From the IMG/VR virus record IMGVR_UViG_3300022666_000111: 64,000 nucleotides of DNA; one strand, given 5' to 3'. This document shows, piece by piece, positions 19,137 to 28,458 of this stretch (its first letter is position 1; each line of letters begins with the position of its first letter). The notes beneath the pieces were generated by a model. It was not told the origin of the DNA and did no database searches. It saw only the letters and a list, made by a program, of their open reading frames with translations. The position numbers and the translations under genes are program-made. This stretch comes from a virus (taxonomy: Duplodnaviria > Caudoviricetes).

Positions 19137-19649
19137 ATGAAGATGATCGTCGCGATGGATCCCACTGGGATCATCGGGGTTAACGGAGGTATGCCCTGGC
19201 ACTACAAGGCTGACTTCAAGCGGTTCAAGGAGATGACCATGGGGGGAACGCTCATCATGGGTCGCAAGACCTGGGAGAGCCTCCCCGGGCCTCTTCCGGG
19301 GCGCCGTTCGATCGTCTTGACTCGAGCCTCTAACTACACGGCGGTAGGGGCAGAGGTCTATGCTGGGATCGATGCAGCTATCCTTGCGGCCGGTAGTGAC
19401 CAGCACGGCCCCTCCAACGGGGTCTGGATTTGTGGTGGGGCGGAGATCTACCGCCTCTTCCTTGAGCAGGCTTGCGCAGACATCGAAATGGTGGACGTGA
19501 CGATCGTCCCGTCCGTGGAAATCACGACCGACGAGCAGGATGTCACTCGCTTCCCCATTAATCTCCTTGAGGAGCGCTTCATAGGCGTAGGCGGCTACGT
19601 GAATAGCGCCGATCTACGGCTCACCCACAAGCAGTACATGAGAAGGTAG
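19137..19649 (+). CDS. folA: Dihydrofolate reductase
   Basis: IG.NGGMPW...DFKRFK.MT, IMGRKTWESLP.PLPGR, ICGGAEIY. Confidence 0.95.
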   Translation: MKMIVAMDPTGIIGVNGGMPWHYKADFKRFKEMTMGGTLIMGRKTWESLPGPLPGRRSIVLTRASNYTAVGAEVYAGIDAAILAAGSDQHGPSNGVWICGGAEIYRLFLEQACADIEMVDVTIVPSVEITTDEQDVTRFPINLLEERFIGVGGYVNSADLRLTHKQYMRR

Positions 19650-19651
19650 AC

Positions 19652-20026
19652 ATGGAGAGTACATCTTACTTCGCCGTTGAGGTGAAGCGTGGGGAAACAC
19701 CTCACGTAGTAGCAGGAGTTGTCATCAATGCCGCCATCGCGGCGGGGCTCAAGTTCAAGGAGCTTGAGGTGATGGGAGACCTTGAGATTGCGGGCGCCAA
19801 GTTCGTCCGATTCCGGGCGGATGTGTACAGCATCAAAGAGGCCCTCGATAAGGTCAAGGATCGTGGGCTCATTCAGCTTCAGGGGACGACGTTCCAAGTA
19901 GCCCTCACGAATGGGCGCAAGGGGACGCTGCCTCTCGAGCGTATGCTTGTGACCCCGAGGATGGATCAAGCTGTCAAGTACAGGGGTCCTGGCCAGCCCT
20001 ACGCCGAACGCCAATTCGAATCGTGA
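19652..20026 (+). CDS. Hypothetical protein
   Basis: Tandem ORF. Confidence 0.55.
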   Translation: MESTSYFAVEVKRGETPHVVAGVVINAAIAAGLKFKELEVMGDLEIAGAKFVRFRADVYSIKEALDKVKDRGLIQLQGTTFQVALTNGRKGTLPLERMLVTPRMDQAVKYRGPGQPYAERQFES

Positions 20027-20051
20027 TCCCTTTTATGGCGGCGCCCTGGTT

Positions 20052-20819
20052 ATGCGGGTAGCAGCTATCCAAATGCAGCCGGTCTTCAAAGACCATCCAG
20101 GAAACATCCGAAAGGCCATGCTGCTGGCCTCCAAGGCCGCCAAAGACGGCGCCAAGCTCATCGTTCTCCCCGAGCTATGCACGACGGGCTACTCCTTCAT
20201 GAGTGCCGAATCAGCTCGACACTATGCCGAGACCTTGAGTGACTTCGACCCCAGCAAGCGAATCCCTGACAGCGGGGCGTGCTCTTGCCCGAGCATGTAC
20301 GTCATGCACCGGGTAGCGGCATCGTTCGACACCTACGTAGCTTGGGGGCTCGTAGAGGCGGACCCTGGAACGGGGCACCTGTACAACGCTCAGGTCCTCA
20401 TGGCGCCGGATGGCTCCTGGGAAAGCTACCGCAAGGTCAACCTCTGGGGTAATGACTTCCTCTGGGCCAAGCCGGGGCGCGCTAACCCTCCGGTGGTCCC
20501 GACGCCTCATGGAAAGATCGGGCTCCTTGTTTGCCGCGACGTGCGGGACAAGAGCGACAAGCTCGACTCATTCTATGAGAAGGGTGATGCCGACATCGTT
20601 GCCTTCTCCGCCAATTGGGGCAAAGGGGGCTTCCCTGCGGTACACTGGATGGAGTTCGCCTCGGACAATGCCACAACGCTGGTCGTGGCCAATCGTTACG
20701 GGATCGAAGATAATAACGACTTCGGTCTTGGTGGAATTTGCATCATTCGCCCGGACGGCACGGTAAATTGCGACGGCCTTCTTTGGGGTGCCAACTGCAT
20801 TGTAGCAGGAGACCTGTGA
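20052..20819 (+). CDS. Carbon-nitrogen hydrolase (nitrilase superfamily)
   Basis: Glu-Lys-Cys triad: LPELCTTGY, YRKVNL, GLLVCRD. Confidence 0.9.
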   Translation: MRVAAIQMQPVFKDHPGNIRKAMLLASKAAKDGAKLIVLPELCTTGYSFMSAESARHYAETLSDFDPSKRIPDSGACSCPSMYVMHRVAASFDTYVAWGLVEADPGTGHLYNAQVLMAPDGSWESYRKVNLWGNDFLWAKPGRANPPVVPTPHGKIGLLVCRDVRDKSDKLDSFYEKGDADIVAFSANWGKGGFPAVHWMEFASDNATTLVVANRYGIEDNNDFGLGGICIIRPDGTVNCDGLLWGANCIVAGDL

Positions 20820-21829
20820 TGAAACATATCGCGAGAAACGTTGCCCGTCGTTACGCCAACGGACGGATCCTACCGGAGATGCTCAAGGCGCTCGATCAGC
20901 TCGATCAGCTTGACGAGAATCTCACGAAGCTCGAGACGACCTTCGACATGCACTTTGCGGCGGCAACCCCCGAGGTCAAGGGGCACATGGATTCGCTCGT
21001 CAAGGCCATCGAAGGGTTGAAGACGGCCAAGATGGTGCTTGACGGGCTCAACAAGCTCGTCGCAACGTTCCCCGAGGACAAGGGCGCGGCTAAGGCCAAG
21101 GTCGAGGCCGAACGTATGGTTGACCGCTTCGAGAAGCACATCGAGAAGACCAGGAAGATCGTCCGGACCCTTTCCGCCAAGGCGATGCCCAAGGCCCTCA
21201 AGGATCTTGGGGCCAAGATTGAAAAGATCATCAAGGCCAAGCTGGTGAACCCATCGGTGCTCGAGGTCCTCCCTTGGCAAGATACACAGACCCACACTGC
21301 ACCCTACTTGATCTTCTTCCGGATCCAGGATAAGTCGTTCCATAACGGGCGCGTAGAGGTACGCATCGAAGAAAACATCTCGTCAACGGATGGACCATCG
21401 TTGTACGATGGGTATAACATTACCCGAAATATCACGGCGGACAAAGCCGCTGAGGCATTCTTCGCGAAGCTGCGTGGGTGGGATGGCATCAAGGGCGGGG
21501 CTGAAGAGAAGACCCTCCGGAAGATGCGGTGCGTTGGGATTGAAGGCGCAATCAAGAGCATCACTAACTCGCTCGGTTGGATGACAGATCCTCCCACGGT
21601 TTCCGATGACTACCTCACGGTTGAGGGGTCCTACCGTGCTGGATCCTTGCCCAAGGAGGGTGCATACGAGCTAGGCGAGTATGCGTACGAGGAGTTGGTG
21701 AGGGCAGAGCGCGCCAAGTGTCAGAAGGCGGTAGATGCGAAACTCGCCCCCTACAAGGACGTCATCAAGAACACCGAGATCAGCTTCGGCGAGAAAAGCT
21801 GGGTCTACATCACCGTCCACCTGAAGTAA
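20819..21829 (+). CDS. Coiled-coil hypothetical protein with N-terminal IARNVARRY tag
   Basis: TGATG coupling to the nitrilase; shared peptide motif. Confidence 0.65.
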   Translation: MKHIARNVARRYANGRILPEMLKALDQLDQLDENLTKLETTFDMHFAAATPEVKGHMDSLVKAIEGLKTAKMVLDGLNKLVATFPEDKGAAKAKVEAERMVDRFEKHIEKTRKIVRTLSAKAMPKALKDLGAKIEKIIKAKLVNPSVLEVLPWQDTQTHTAPYLIFFRIQDKSFHNGRVEVRIEENISSTDGPSLYDGYNITRNITADKAAEAFFAKLRGWDGIKGGAEEKTLRKMRCVGIEGAIKSITNSLGWMTDPPTVSDDYLTVEGSYRAGSLPKEGAYELGEYAYEELVRAERAKCQKAVDAKLAPYKDVIKNTEISFGEKSWVYITVHLK

Positions 21830-21854
21830 GCACGTGCCCGGTGTAGATCCGGGC

Positions 21855-23153
21855 ATGACTACTACAACGCCCACCATCGAACGTTGCTCCTTCTGCAAGC
21901 GCCCTCGCAACGAGGTCAAGCAGCTCATTGCAGGCCCTGACGGCGCCTTCATCTGCAACAAATGCATCGCGGCGGCGGCTAAGGCCGTCGAATCCGCCGC
22001 CAAGGGGGCGACCCCCGAAGCCACCAAGGAAGAGCCTCTCCGCAAGCCCAAAGAGATCCGGGCCTACCTTGACGAACACATCATCGGGCAGGAAAAGGCC
22101 AAGGTCGACGTTTCTGTCGCCATCTACAATCACTTCAAGCGGCGCGTCACCTGTCAAAAGGGCATCCCCAACACGACCGGGGTGGAGATCCAGAAGTCCA
22201 ATATCCTCCTCATGGGACCCTCGGGGACGGGAAAGACGGAGATCGCCCGAACGATCGCGCGCCTCCTCAAGGTCCCCTTCTACGTCGCGGATGCAACCAG
22301 GCTCACGCAGGCGGGCTACGTTGGGGACGATGTCGAAAGCCTCCTCCAGGGGCTCCTGGCCGACGCGGACGGGGATGTTGAACGGGCGGAATGGGGCATC
22401 ATCTTCATCGACGAATTCGACAAGCTCGCCAGGAAGAGCGGGCGCGGGGCTTCGGGCTACCGTGACGTTTCCGGTGAGGGCGTGCAGCAGGCGCTTCTCA
22501 AGATGCTTGAGGGCGGCAAGGTGCAGGTCCCTCGGGGCATGAACGCCCGCGTCGTGAGCGCCAGCGGGCAGGCCGTCGATATGATTGACACGCGCAACGT
22601 CCTCTTCATCTGCGCGGGCTCCTTTGCGGGGATCGAGGAGACGGTCGGGCAGCGCCTCAACAAGGACGCCCGGGTGGGCTTCGGGACCGCCAAGAAGAAG
22701 ATCGCTCCGGACGAGGTCTATACGGCCATCACGGAGGACGATATCCTTGACTTCGGAATCATCCCGGAGCTGATCGGTCGTATCCCCATCCACACGACCA
22801 CGCTGCCTTTGTCCGAGGACGATATGGTGCGCGTCCTGACCGAGCCCAAGAATTCCCTGGTCAAGCAATACCAGGCCCTCTTCGCTATGGACAACGTCGA
22901 GCTATCGTTCGACGAGGCGGCGCTTCGGTCGATCGGGCGCAAGGCCAATGAGCGCACCACGGGCGCGAGGGCGCTGCGTAGTATCATGGAAGAGATCCTT
23001 CGGGCCTACGCCTACACGGTCCCCAGTGAGCCTGACGTGCGCGCCATCCACATAACGGAGATGGCCGTCAACGGCGGGGACGCAGTCATCATGCGCGGCG
23101 AGGCCCCGGTGGCCTCCGCAGAAGAGCCTCAGATCCGGCTCGCCAAGGGATGA
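21855..23153 (+). CDS. clpX: ClpX ATP-dependent unfoldase
   Basis: CSFC...CNKC Zn domain, KSNILLMGPSGTGKT, GYVG, IDEFDK, RDVSGEGVQQ, VGF docking loop, TGARALR. Confidence 0.95.
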   Translation: MTTTTPTIERCSFCKRPRNEVKQLIAGPDGAFICNKCIAAAAKAVESAAKGATPEATKEEPLRKPKEIRAYLDEHIIGQEKAKVDVSVAIYNHFKRRVTCQKGIPNTTGVEIQKSNILLMGPSGTGKTEIARTIARLLKVPFYVADATRLTQAGYVGDDVESLLQGLLADADGDVERAEWGIIFIDEFDKLARKSGRGASGYRDVSGEGVQQALLKMLEGGKVQVPRGMNARVVSASGQAVDMIDTRNVLFICAGSFAGIEETVGQRLNKDARVGFGTAKKKIAPDEVYTAITEDDILDFGIIPELIGRIPIHTTTLPLSEDDMVRVLTEPKNSLVKQYQALFAMDNVELSFDEAALRSIGRKANERTTGARALRSIMEEILRAYAYTVPSEPDVRAIHITEMAVNGGDAVIMRGEAPVASAEEPQIRLAKG

Positions 23154-23180
23154 GGATTGTTCTTTTCCTCCCACTAAGGT

Positions 23181-24379
23181 ATGCTCGTCACGTCCAGCTT
23201 TCAGGGTTCGGTCTACCTTCGGAGCGCACACGCCCTCGATGAGGGCGGCTTGAATGAAATCTACAACGCGAACTACGAGTTCGCGGATGGTGAGGTGAAG
23301 GGCTCTTCTCTTGTCCAAAACGTGGAAATGTACACGGACTACAAGAAGGGCATCGGCCGGGGTATCGTTTACGCCCTCAACCCTGACTACAACTACATCT
23401 ACAAGATCGAGCGACCCCTACGGATCTTCGAGAAGAAGCGCGAAGACTTCCTCTACGCGATCAAGCGAGGTATGGTCGACCTCGACCTCATTGCGAAGCA
23501 GCACCCCAAGCTGACGCAAGAGGCGGCCATTGAAGAGGTCCTCAAAGAGGTCCTTGGTGAGGGCGTCTACTACCTCCAGTACTTCAAGAAGGCCCCCTTC
23601 ATGAAGTACTATGACGGCGTTCAGGTCCACAAGACGGCTGACATGAAGTACTGGGGCAACGTGGGGATCTGGCTTTCGATCATCCAGACCGGCGCGGACC
23701 TGATCGACGGTAACGTCAAGCGGTTCGTCAAGGAGGCGCCGGGGACGGTCCCAGATATCCCTTCGGACATCGTAGAGGAGCTGGTTGACTACACGGCTAA
23801 GGCGGGCGGCCGTATTGGGACGCGTGCCAAGAAGTGGCTCCAAGAGAACATCAAGCCGCCTTACGGGTCCATCAAGGTCTACCGGGGCGTGAAGCTCGAC
23901 AGCTACGATGTCAAAGGGCTCACCGAAGATGCTCAGACTTACTTGGGGCTCTCCAAGCTCACGGACGTCCATAAGGGCGCCGTGGCGACGCTTAGCCGGG
24001 GCGAGCGTCGTCTTGGTCACAGACGCCCCAGATATCCCGAGAGTTCGCCAATTTGGGAGCCATGCACCTCCTCTTGCAAGCTGAGCTGAAGCCCAAGCAG
24101 ATCATCGTCGACCTCACCTTGCTCCCTATGGGCATCCGTACCAAGTTCAGGCACTTCAGCCAGAACGAGGTCATTGCCGCGCCGGGAAAGATCCCGGCGA
24201 AGATCATCTCCATAGGGGTTTCGGAGTACCTCCTGAAGCATCTGGAGACACCCACGCAGTATTCGGACCCTGCTCTCCAGAACTACGAGTGGGTTCCCCG
24301 CTACGGGTTCATCGAAAAGAAGGCCGATCTCGCGCGGAAGATCATGGCCCGTTATCTTGGGACTACAGATATGGTGTAG
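23181..24379 (+). pseudogene. ADP-ribosyltransferase-like gene split by a -1 frameshift near 23998-24001
   Basis: VYRG in the first ORF; SSWSQTPQISREFA and QNEVI in the -1 frame; one extra G in the GGGG run fuses them. Confidence 0.65.
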
Positions 24380-24387
24380 TAGTGAGC

Positions 24388-24759
24388 ATGGCAGCAACGT
24401 TTGAGCATCTTTCTTGCCCTCTTCCGCTACCTCCCCTCGATCATCTATCCGTTGCAGAGCTAACCGCGTTGCGTCAGGAGCTTCATAGGATAGGGCGCAC
24501 CGCCCGCAAGGAGGCGTCCAAGACCATCCAGAAGATCCCGGGCTTGAATAAGCTCTGGCTCAAGACGATCGCGGTCAAGACCGACGATGAGAATCGCCTG
24601 GCGATCCTTGAGGAGTTCAATCGCGAGCTGGTCAAGCATCCCGAGGCGTTCGTGAAGCACGCCTATGCCAACTCTCTCGTCATCATCGATACGGCCATCC
24701 ACGATGAGGCCATGAAACGCGCAGCTACGACCCCTGTGATGGTGACACGAAGACGTTGA
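24388..24759 (+). CDS. Hypothetical protein
   Basis: ATG 8 nt after GGTGTAG (24373-24379). Confidence 0.6.
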   Translation: MAATFEHLSCPLPLPPLDHLSVAELTALRQELHRIGRTARKEASKTIQKIPGLNKLWLKTIAVKTDDENRLAILEEFNRELVKHPEAFVKHAYANSLVIIDTAIHDEAMKRAATTPVMVTRRR

Positions 24760-24781
24760 TCCCTCGCTGACATCGGTGTAG
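24755..24781 (+). promoter_or_regulatory. Hybrid GTTGATC-N13-GGTGTAG element
   Basis: Links the two motif classes; ATG 8 nt downstream. Confidence 0.7.
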
Positions 24782-24789
24782 CTACCAGC

Positions 24790-25611
24790 ATGCTAAGCGG
24801 CAAAACAGAGGGGCTACCCTACTCGCTCTCACGTTGGACCGACGTTCCGGCGTCCAAGTGGGACTGGTTCAAGGCTCAATTGGCGCAAGGGCGCATGACG
24901 GCGTTCGACCCACGAACGGCCATCCCGGGGGAATGGAGCCTCCGGCAAGAGGACACCCAGGGGCTGATTCTTTGGACGAAGAACCCCACCAACCTCTTGA
25001 AGGACGCCGCGCTCCTCAAGGGCTACCCCCTGGTCGTGCATGTGACCTTGACGGGATGGGGCGAGGTTGAGAAAAACGCCCCCGACATTCACGAAGGCAT
25101 CCGGTTGCTCAAGGACACGGTCCGGACCTTTGGGGTGCATCAAGTCGTGTGGCGGTTCACGCCTATCCCGCAGCTCCCGACCCTTGAGATCCTCGATCGG
25201 TTCACTGAGATCGCTGAAGAGGTCGCCAAGGTGGGCGTTCGTGAGGTCTACACGGTCTTCTTGCAGCCGAATGACCGGATGCCTGAGACCCGGACGGTCC
25301 ACCGGCGCCACCTCACGATCCAAGCCATGGCGCGATCGGTGGAGTACCTACACATCCTGGTGCTTCATTGCAAGGATGACCAGACAACCCTCTCCAAGCC
25401 GATCGACCAGTACGAGTACAACCTCGATGTAGGCGTTTGTGAGGACGGGCGGCGGTTCGGGGCGCCTCCCACCATGGATTGCGGATGCTGCCTTGCCGTT
25501 GACCCCTTCACGATCAACGAGACGTGCGCCTTGGGGTGCAAGTACTGCTACGCGGCGGATAAGAGCCTCTCGGCGAAGAAGCGCAACACGACGCTCAGGG
25601 TGCTGCCTTGA
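24790..25611 (+). CDS. DUF1848-family radical-SAM-like protein
   Basis: SRWTDVPA, WTKNP, WRF.P, C-terminal CALGCKYCYA. Confidence 0.8.
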   Translation: MLSGKTEGLPYSLSRWTDVPASKWDWFKAQLAQGRMTAFDPRTAIPGEWSLRQEDTQGLILWTKNPTNLLKDAALLKGYPLVVHVTLTGWGEVEKNAPDIHEGIRLLKDTVRTFGVHQVVWRFTPIPQLPTLEILDRFTEIAEEVAKVGVREVYTVFLQPNDRMPETRTVHRRHLTIQAMARSVEYLHILVLHCKDDQTTLSKPIDQYEYNLDVGVCEDGRRFGAPPTMDCGCCLAVDPFTINETCALGCKYCYAADKSLSAKKRNTTLRVLP

Positions 25612-25994
25612 TTCACACGCATCCGTTTGCGGAGGATTGGCTTGCGCTCCAGGGCATACACATCCCCCCGGAGCCTGCCAAGGTCTCGCACTTCCTGAAT
25701 TTTGACGTGACGCTCTACGACTACCACGACCCCCGCCCTCTTACGGAGGTGGTTGAGGATCAGATCATGGTTTTGCTGGAGCGCTTCAAACCTGGAATGG
25801 ACACACGCCTTCAGGTGGTGACCACGTATGCGGACGGTTCGAGTTACACCCGCACCTTAACACATCTGTTCTTCAACATGCCCAGGTACGACCTTGTGCA
25901 TCGCGCGGTCACGTTATGCGACGACCGCGAGCGAGAGATTGCTGGGATCCAGTTGATACTTCACGACATGGAAGAAAGACAATGCCCGACCTAG
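25608..25994 (+). CDS. Hypothetical protein
   Basis: TTGA coupling. Confidence 0.45.
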   Translation: MIHTHPFAEDWLALQGIHIPPEPAKVSHFLNFDVTLYDYHDPRPLTEVVEDQIMVLLERFKPGMDTRLQVVTTYADGSSYTRTLTHLFFNMPRYDLVHRAVTLCDDREREIAGIQLILHDMEERQCPT

Positions 25995-26236
25995 AGGACT
26001 CACCTGACTTGACCGACGAAGAGGTTGCGGCGGCGGTAGACGCGACGGACGCTGAGCTTGGGAATCGCCTATTTGCCCTCAAGTGTCGGTGCGATAGGCT
26101 TCACGAGCGGAGGCACAATAGCCTTCGGCGTCGTCGCCCCTACCACTACGCCATTTTCGAGCTAAGCTGCCCTGTATGCGGTGACGCCCAAAAGGCTGTC
26201 TTCCGTTTGACCGATCCGAAATGGAGACTCACATGA
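25982..26236 (+). CDS. Small Zn-ribbon protein
   Basis: CxC...CPVC. Confidence 0.5.
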   Translation: MPDLEDSPDLTDEEVAAAVDATDAELGNRLFALKCRCDRLHERRHNSLRRRRPYHYAIFELSCPVCGDAQKAVFRLTDPKWRLT

Positions 26237-26598
26237 GCAAGTGCGACGACGGTTGTGACCAGACCCCGGTGACGTGCGAGACGCCCCGGACGACCTACTG
26301 CGATCGAGATCGCAAGAACAACGTCTGGATCGAGGGCGGTGATCCCGCGACCGGCGAGGGCGGTGTGTGCCTCTTGGACAACATGCACCGCGAGCAGGTC
26401 GTCTACATCCTTGAGCGGGACGAGATCGCCCGGCGCGACCTTGCTCGTGTGACGAGCGATCCTGAGCTTCAGGAGATGGCGCTTACGGTACCGCGCCTCG
26501 CGACCAAGGAAGAGGCGGACACGATCCAGGAGAAGGCCAACGCCAACACGATGCCCTTCTACACGGCCTTTGCGGGGCGGCCCCCCTTCGCCCAGTGA
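26233..26598 (+). CDS. Hypothetical protein
   Basis: SD GGAG, ATGA coupling. Confidence 0.55.
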   Translation: MSKCDDGCDQTPVTCETPRTTYCDRDRKNNVWIEGGDPATGEGGVCLLDNMHREQVVYILERDEIARRDLARVTSDPELQEMALTVPRLATKEEADTIQEKANANTMPFYTAFAGRPPFAQ

Positions 26599-26605
26599 GG
26601 TTGCC

Positions 26606-26953
26606 ATGGGCGGACAGATGAGAAAGATTGCTCGAAGGCAAAAGCAGGACCCCGTCAAGGCCCTCGGGTCAGCCATGCAAGCCCTCGAACGGCTTCAAGG
26701 CGTCCCGGAGCTTGTGGCGGCCGTCAAGAGCGTTGGTGAGGACCTCTCCGAAATCCAAAAGGTCCTGGCGATGGCCATCCAGGACCTTGGGGACCTCGAC
26801 CATCGCTTCAATAGATTTCGGTATGCCGTCACCGAGATACTCGCGATCGGCGGAACGGATACGGACATCGCCTACTTCGAGGCCAAGTACGACAAGGAGA
26901 CCAAGCATGACGATCCGGCACAAGGACCAGCAGACGGCAAAGACCCCGCGTGA
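26606..26953 (+). CDS. Hypothetical coiled-coil protein
   Basis: SD GAGGT. Confidence 0.5.
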   Translation: MGGQMRKIARRQKQDPVKALGSAMQALERLQGVPELVAAVKSVGEDLSEIQKVLAMAIQDLGDLDHRFNRFRYAVTEILAIGGTDTDIAYFEAKYDKETKHDDPAQGPADGKDPA

Positions 26954-27131
26954 CCTCTACGGGTGGGTCAAGCTGGCGCAGCTTGCCATTGCTCGGGCGG
27001 AAAAGATCAAGGATCGCCGTCTTGAGGGGCTGCGTGCATCGCTAACCAACGGAAAAGCCGAGAGAACCCTTCGACAGCTCGGGATCATTTGTGAGGCCGA
27101 CGTCGATCGCGAATTTCCCAACCCAACCTGA
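26907..27131 (+). CDS. Hypothetical protein
   Basis: SD AAGGAG. Confidence 0.5.
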   Translation: MTIRHKDQQTAKTPRDLYGWVKLAQLAIARAEKIKDRRLEGLRASLTNGKAERTLRQLGIICEADVDREFPNPT

Positions 27132-27263
27132 CCCTCCTAAAATCGAAACCATGATGCAAAGTTCTCTTGACATCGTGGGCATCACATCAAAAGATGGTGG
27201 CGATCATTAGACCTGGTGGTGTAGACATCAGGACAGAACCACATCGGATTCAAGGAGATCAAC

Positions 27264-27986
27264 ATGAACGCACGTGAGCTGAAGAACACCCGCAAGCGGA
27301 CCCTGGGCCTTGTCAACGCGATCGAAGCGCAGATCAAGAAACTCGAAGGCACCCTCAAGAGTGCCAAGTCGCACCTCAAGGAGGTCGACACCCTCATCGC
27401 CGACAACACCAAGCTGAGCGTGGCCAAGAAGAACGTCAAGGCTGAGAAGCCTGCGAAGGCGGCCAAGCCCGTCAAGGAAGCCAAGGCTACCAAGGCGGCT
27501 GCGAAGGTGAAGGCTGCCAAGCCCGCGAAGGAAGTCAAAGCGGCCAAGGCGGAGAAGCCTGCGAAGACGGGTGATCGCCCGACGCTGGTTGAAGCGATCA
27601 AGATCGTCATGGGCAACAAGGTGATGAACGCCGAGGCGGTTCTCGCTGCGCTCACAGAGAAGGGGTGGGCACCGGGTGCCCAAGACAAGAAGACCTACAC
27701 GAGCTACCTGCTCTCCTCGAACAAGGATGTCTTCGAACGCGTGCCTGACAAGGGTCGGGGATTCTACCGCGTCGCCGATGTCAAGGTGAAGGCTGCCGCT
27801 CCCAAGGCCGAGGCAAAGGCTGAAGTCAAGGCAGAGGCGCCCAAGGCCGAGGCAAAGGCTGAAGCCAAGGTCGAGGCCCCCAAGGCGGAGGCGCCCAAGG
27901 CCAAGAAGGACAAGGCTGCTGACGACAAGATCCTCGCCGACCTGGGCGTTACCGCGCCCGACGCCGCCAACCCCTTCGGCGGCTGA
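27264..27986 (+). CDS. Histone H1-like Lys/Ala-rich protein with central winged-helix domain
   Basis: KPAKAAK and PKAEAKAE repeats flanking TLVEAI...GRGFYR; SD AAGGAG. Confidence 0.7.
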   Translation: MNARELKNTRKRTLGLVNAIEAQIKKLEGTLKSAKSHLKEVDTLIADNTKLSVAKKNVKAEKPAKAAKPVKEAKATKAAAKVKAAKPAKEVKAAKAEKPAKTGDRPTLVEAIKIVMGNKVMNAEAVLAALTEKGWAPGAQDKKTYTSYLLSSNKDVFERVPDKGRGFYRVADVKVKAAAPKAEAKAEVKAEAPKAEAKAEAKVEAPKAEAPKAKKDKAADDKILADLGVTAPDAANPFGG

Positions 27987-28006
27987 TCCTACACTTCAAG
28001 CCCTTC

Positions 28007-28049
28007 CACAAGGGGGACGGCCGTAAAGCTCGTCCCCCTTGTGCTTTCT
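28007..28049 (+). terminator. Intrinsic terminator
   Basis: 13-bp stem CACAAGGGGGACG / CGTCCCCCTTGTG followed by CTTTCT. Confidence 0.75.
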
Positions 28050-28092
28050 GGTGTAGCTGTAGGGTGTACGTGAGACACTGACGAGGATTTGT

Positions 28093-28458
28093 ATGTCAGA
28101 CCGTAATGTAACGATCGACGCCGCCCGCAGGCTGATCAAGATCCGCATGCAGCAGGCGATTTGCCGTGAGAAACTCAAGGAGCTGGGAGGGACGGACCAT
28201 ATCTGGGAACCTATGCTGATGCTTGCAGACGGCTTCTACGACGAGGCCCTTAAGGATTGGAATGCCCATCTCAAGAGCGTCCCGATGCACATGCATGTCC
28301 GGCTTGCGCTCATCGTTGAGGCTATCTCCCAAGCAACCATTGAGGCGGGCTTCCCTTACAAGGACCACTGCGATGAAGCCTGGATCAAGCGGGTCATCGG
28401 TAACTTCCTGGCCACCTTTGACCCGATGGAGATGCTTGACGGTGTAGGGGACGCTTGA
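28093..28458 (+). CDS. Hypothetical protein
   Basis: SD GAGGA; GGTGTAG at 28050-28056. Confidence 0.55.
   Translation: MSDRNVTIDAARRLIKIRMQQAICREKLKELGGTDHIWEPMLMLADGFYDEALKDWNAHLKSVPMHMHVRLALIVEAISQATIEAGFPYKDHCDEAWIKRVIGNFLATFDPMEMLDGVGDA

Noticed and set aside
21810-22868. Long antisense ORFs (also 9822..10571, 30715..31545, 58222..59007)
   Set aside because: Shadow ORFs opposite well-supported genes, expected with high GC3 codon bias.
27167-27195. Sigma70 promoter TTGACA-N17-AAAGAT
   Set aside because: Perfect -35 but poor -10, and a GGTGTAG box at 27218 already accounts for the gene.
27420-27910. Repeats as a CRISPR array or other DNA repeat element (also 49006-49035 and 51771-51822)
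   Set aside because: These are in-frame low-complexity peptide repeats with no repeat-spacer structure.
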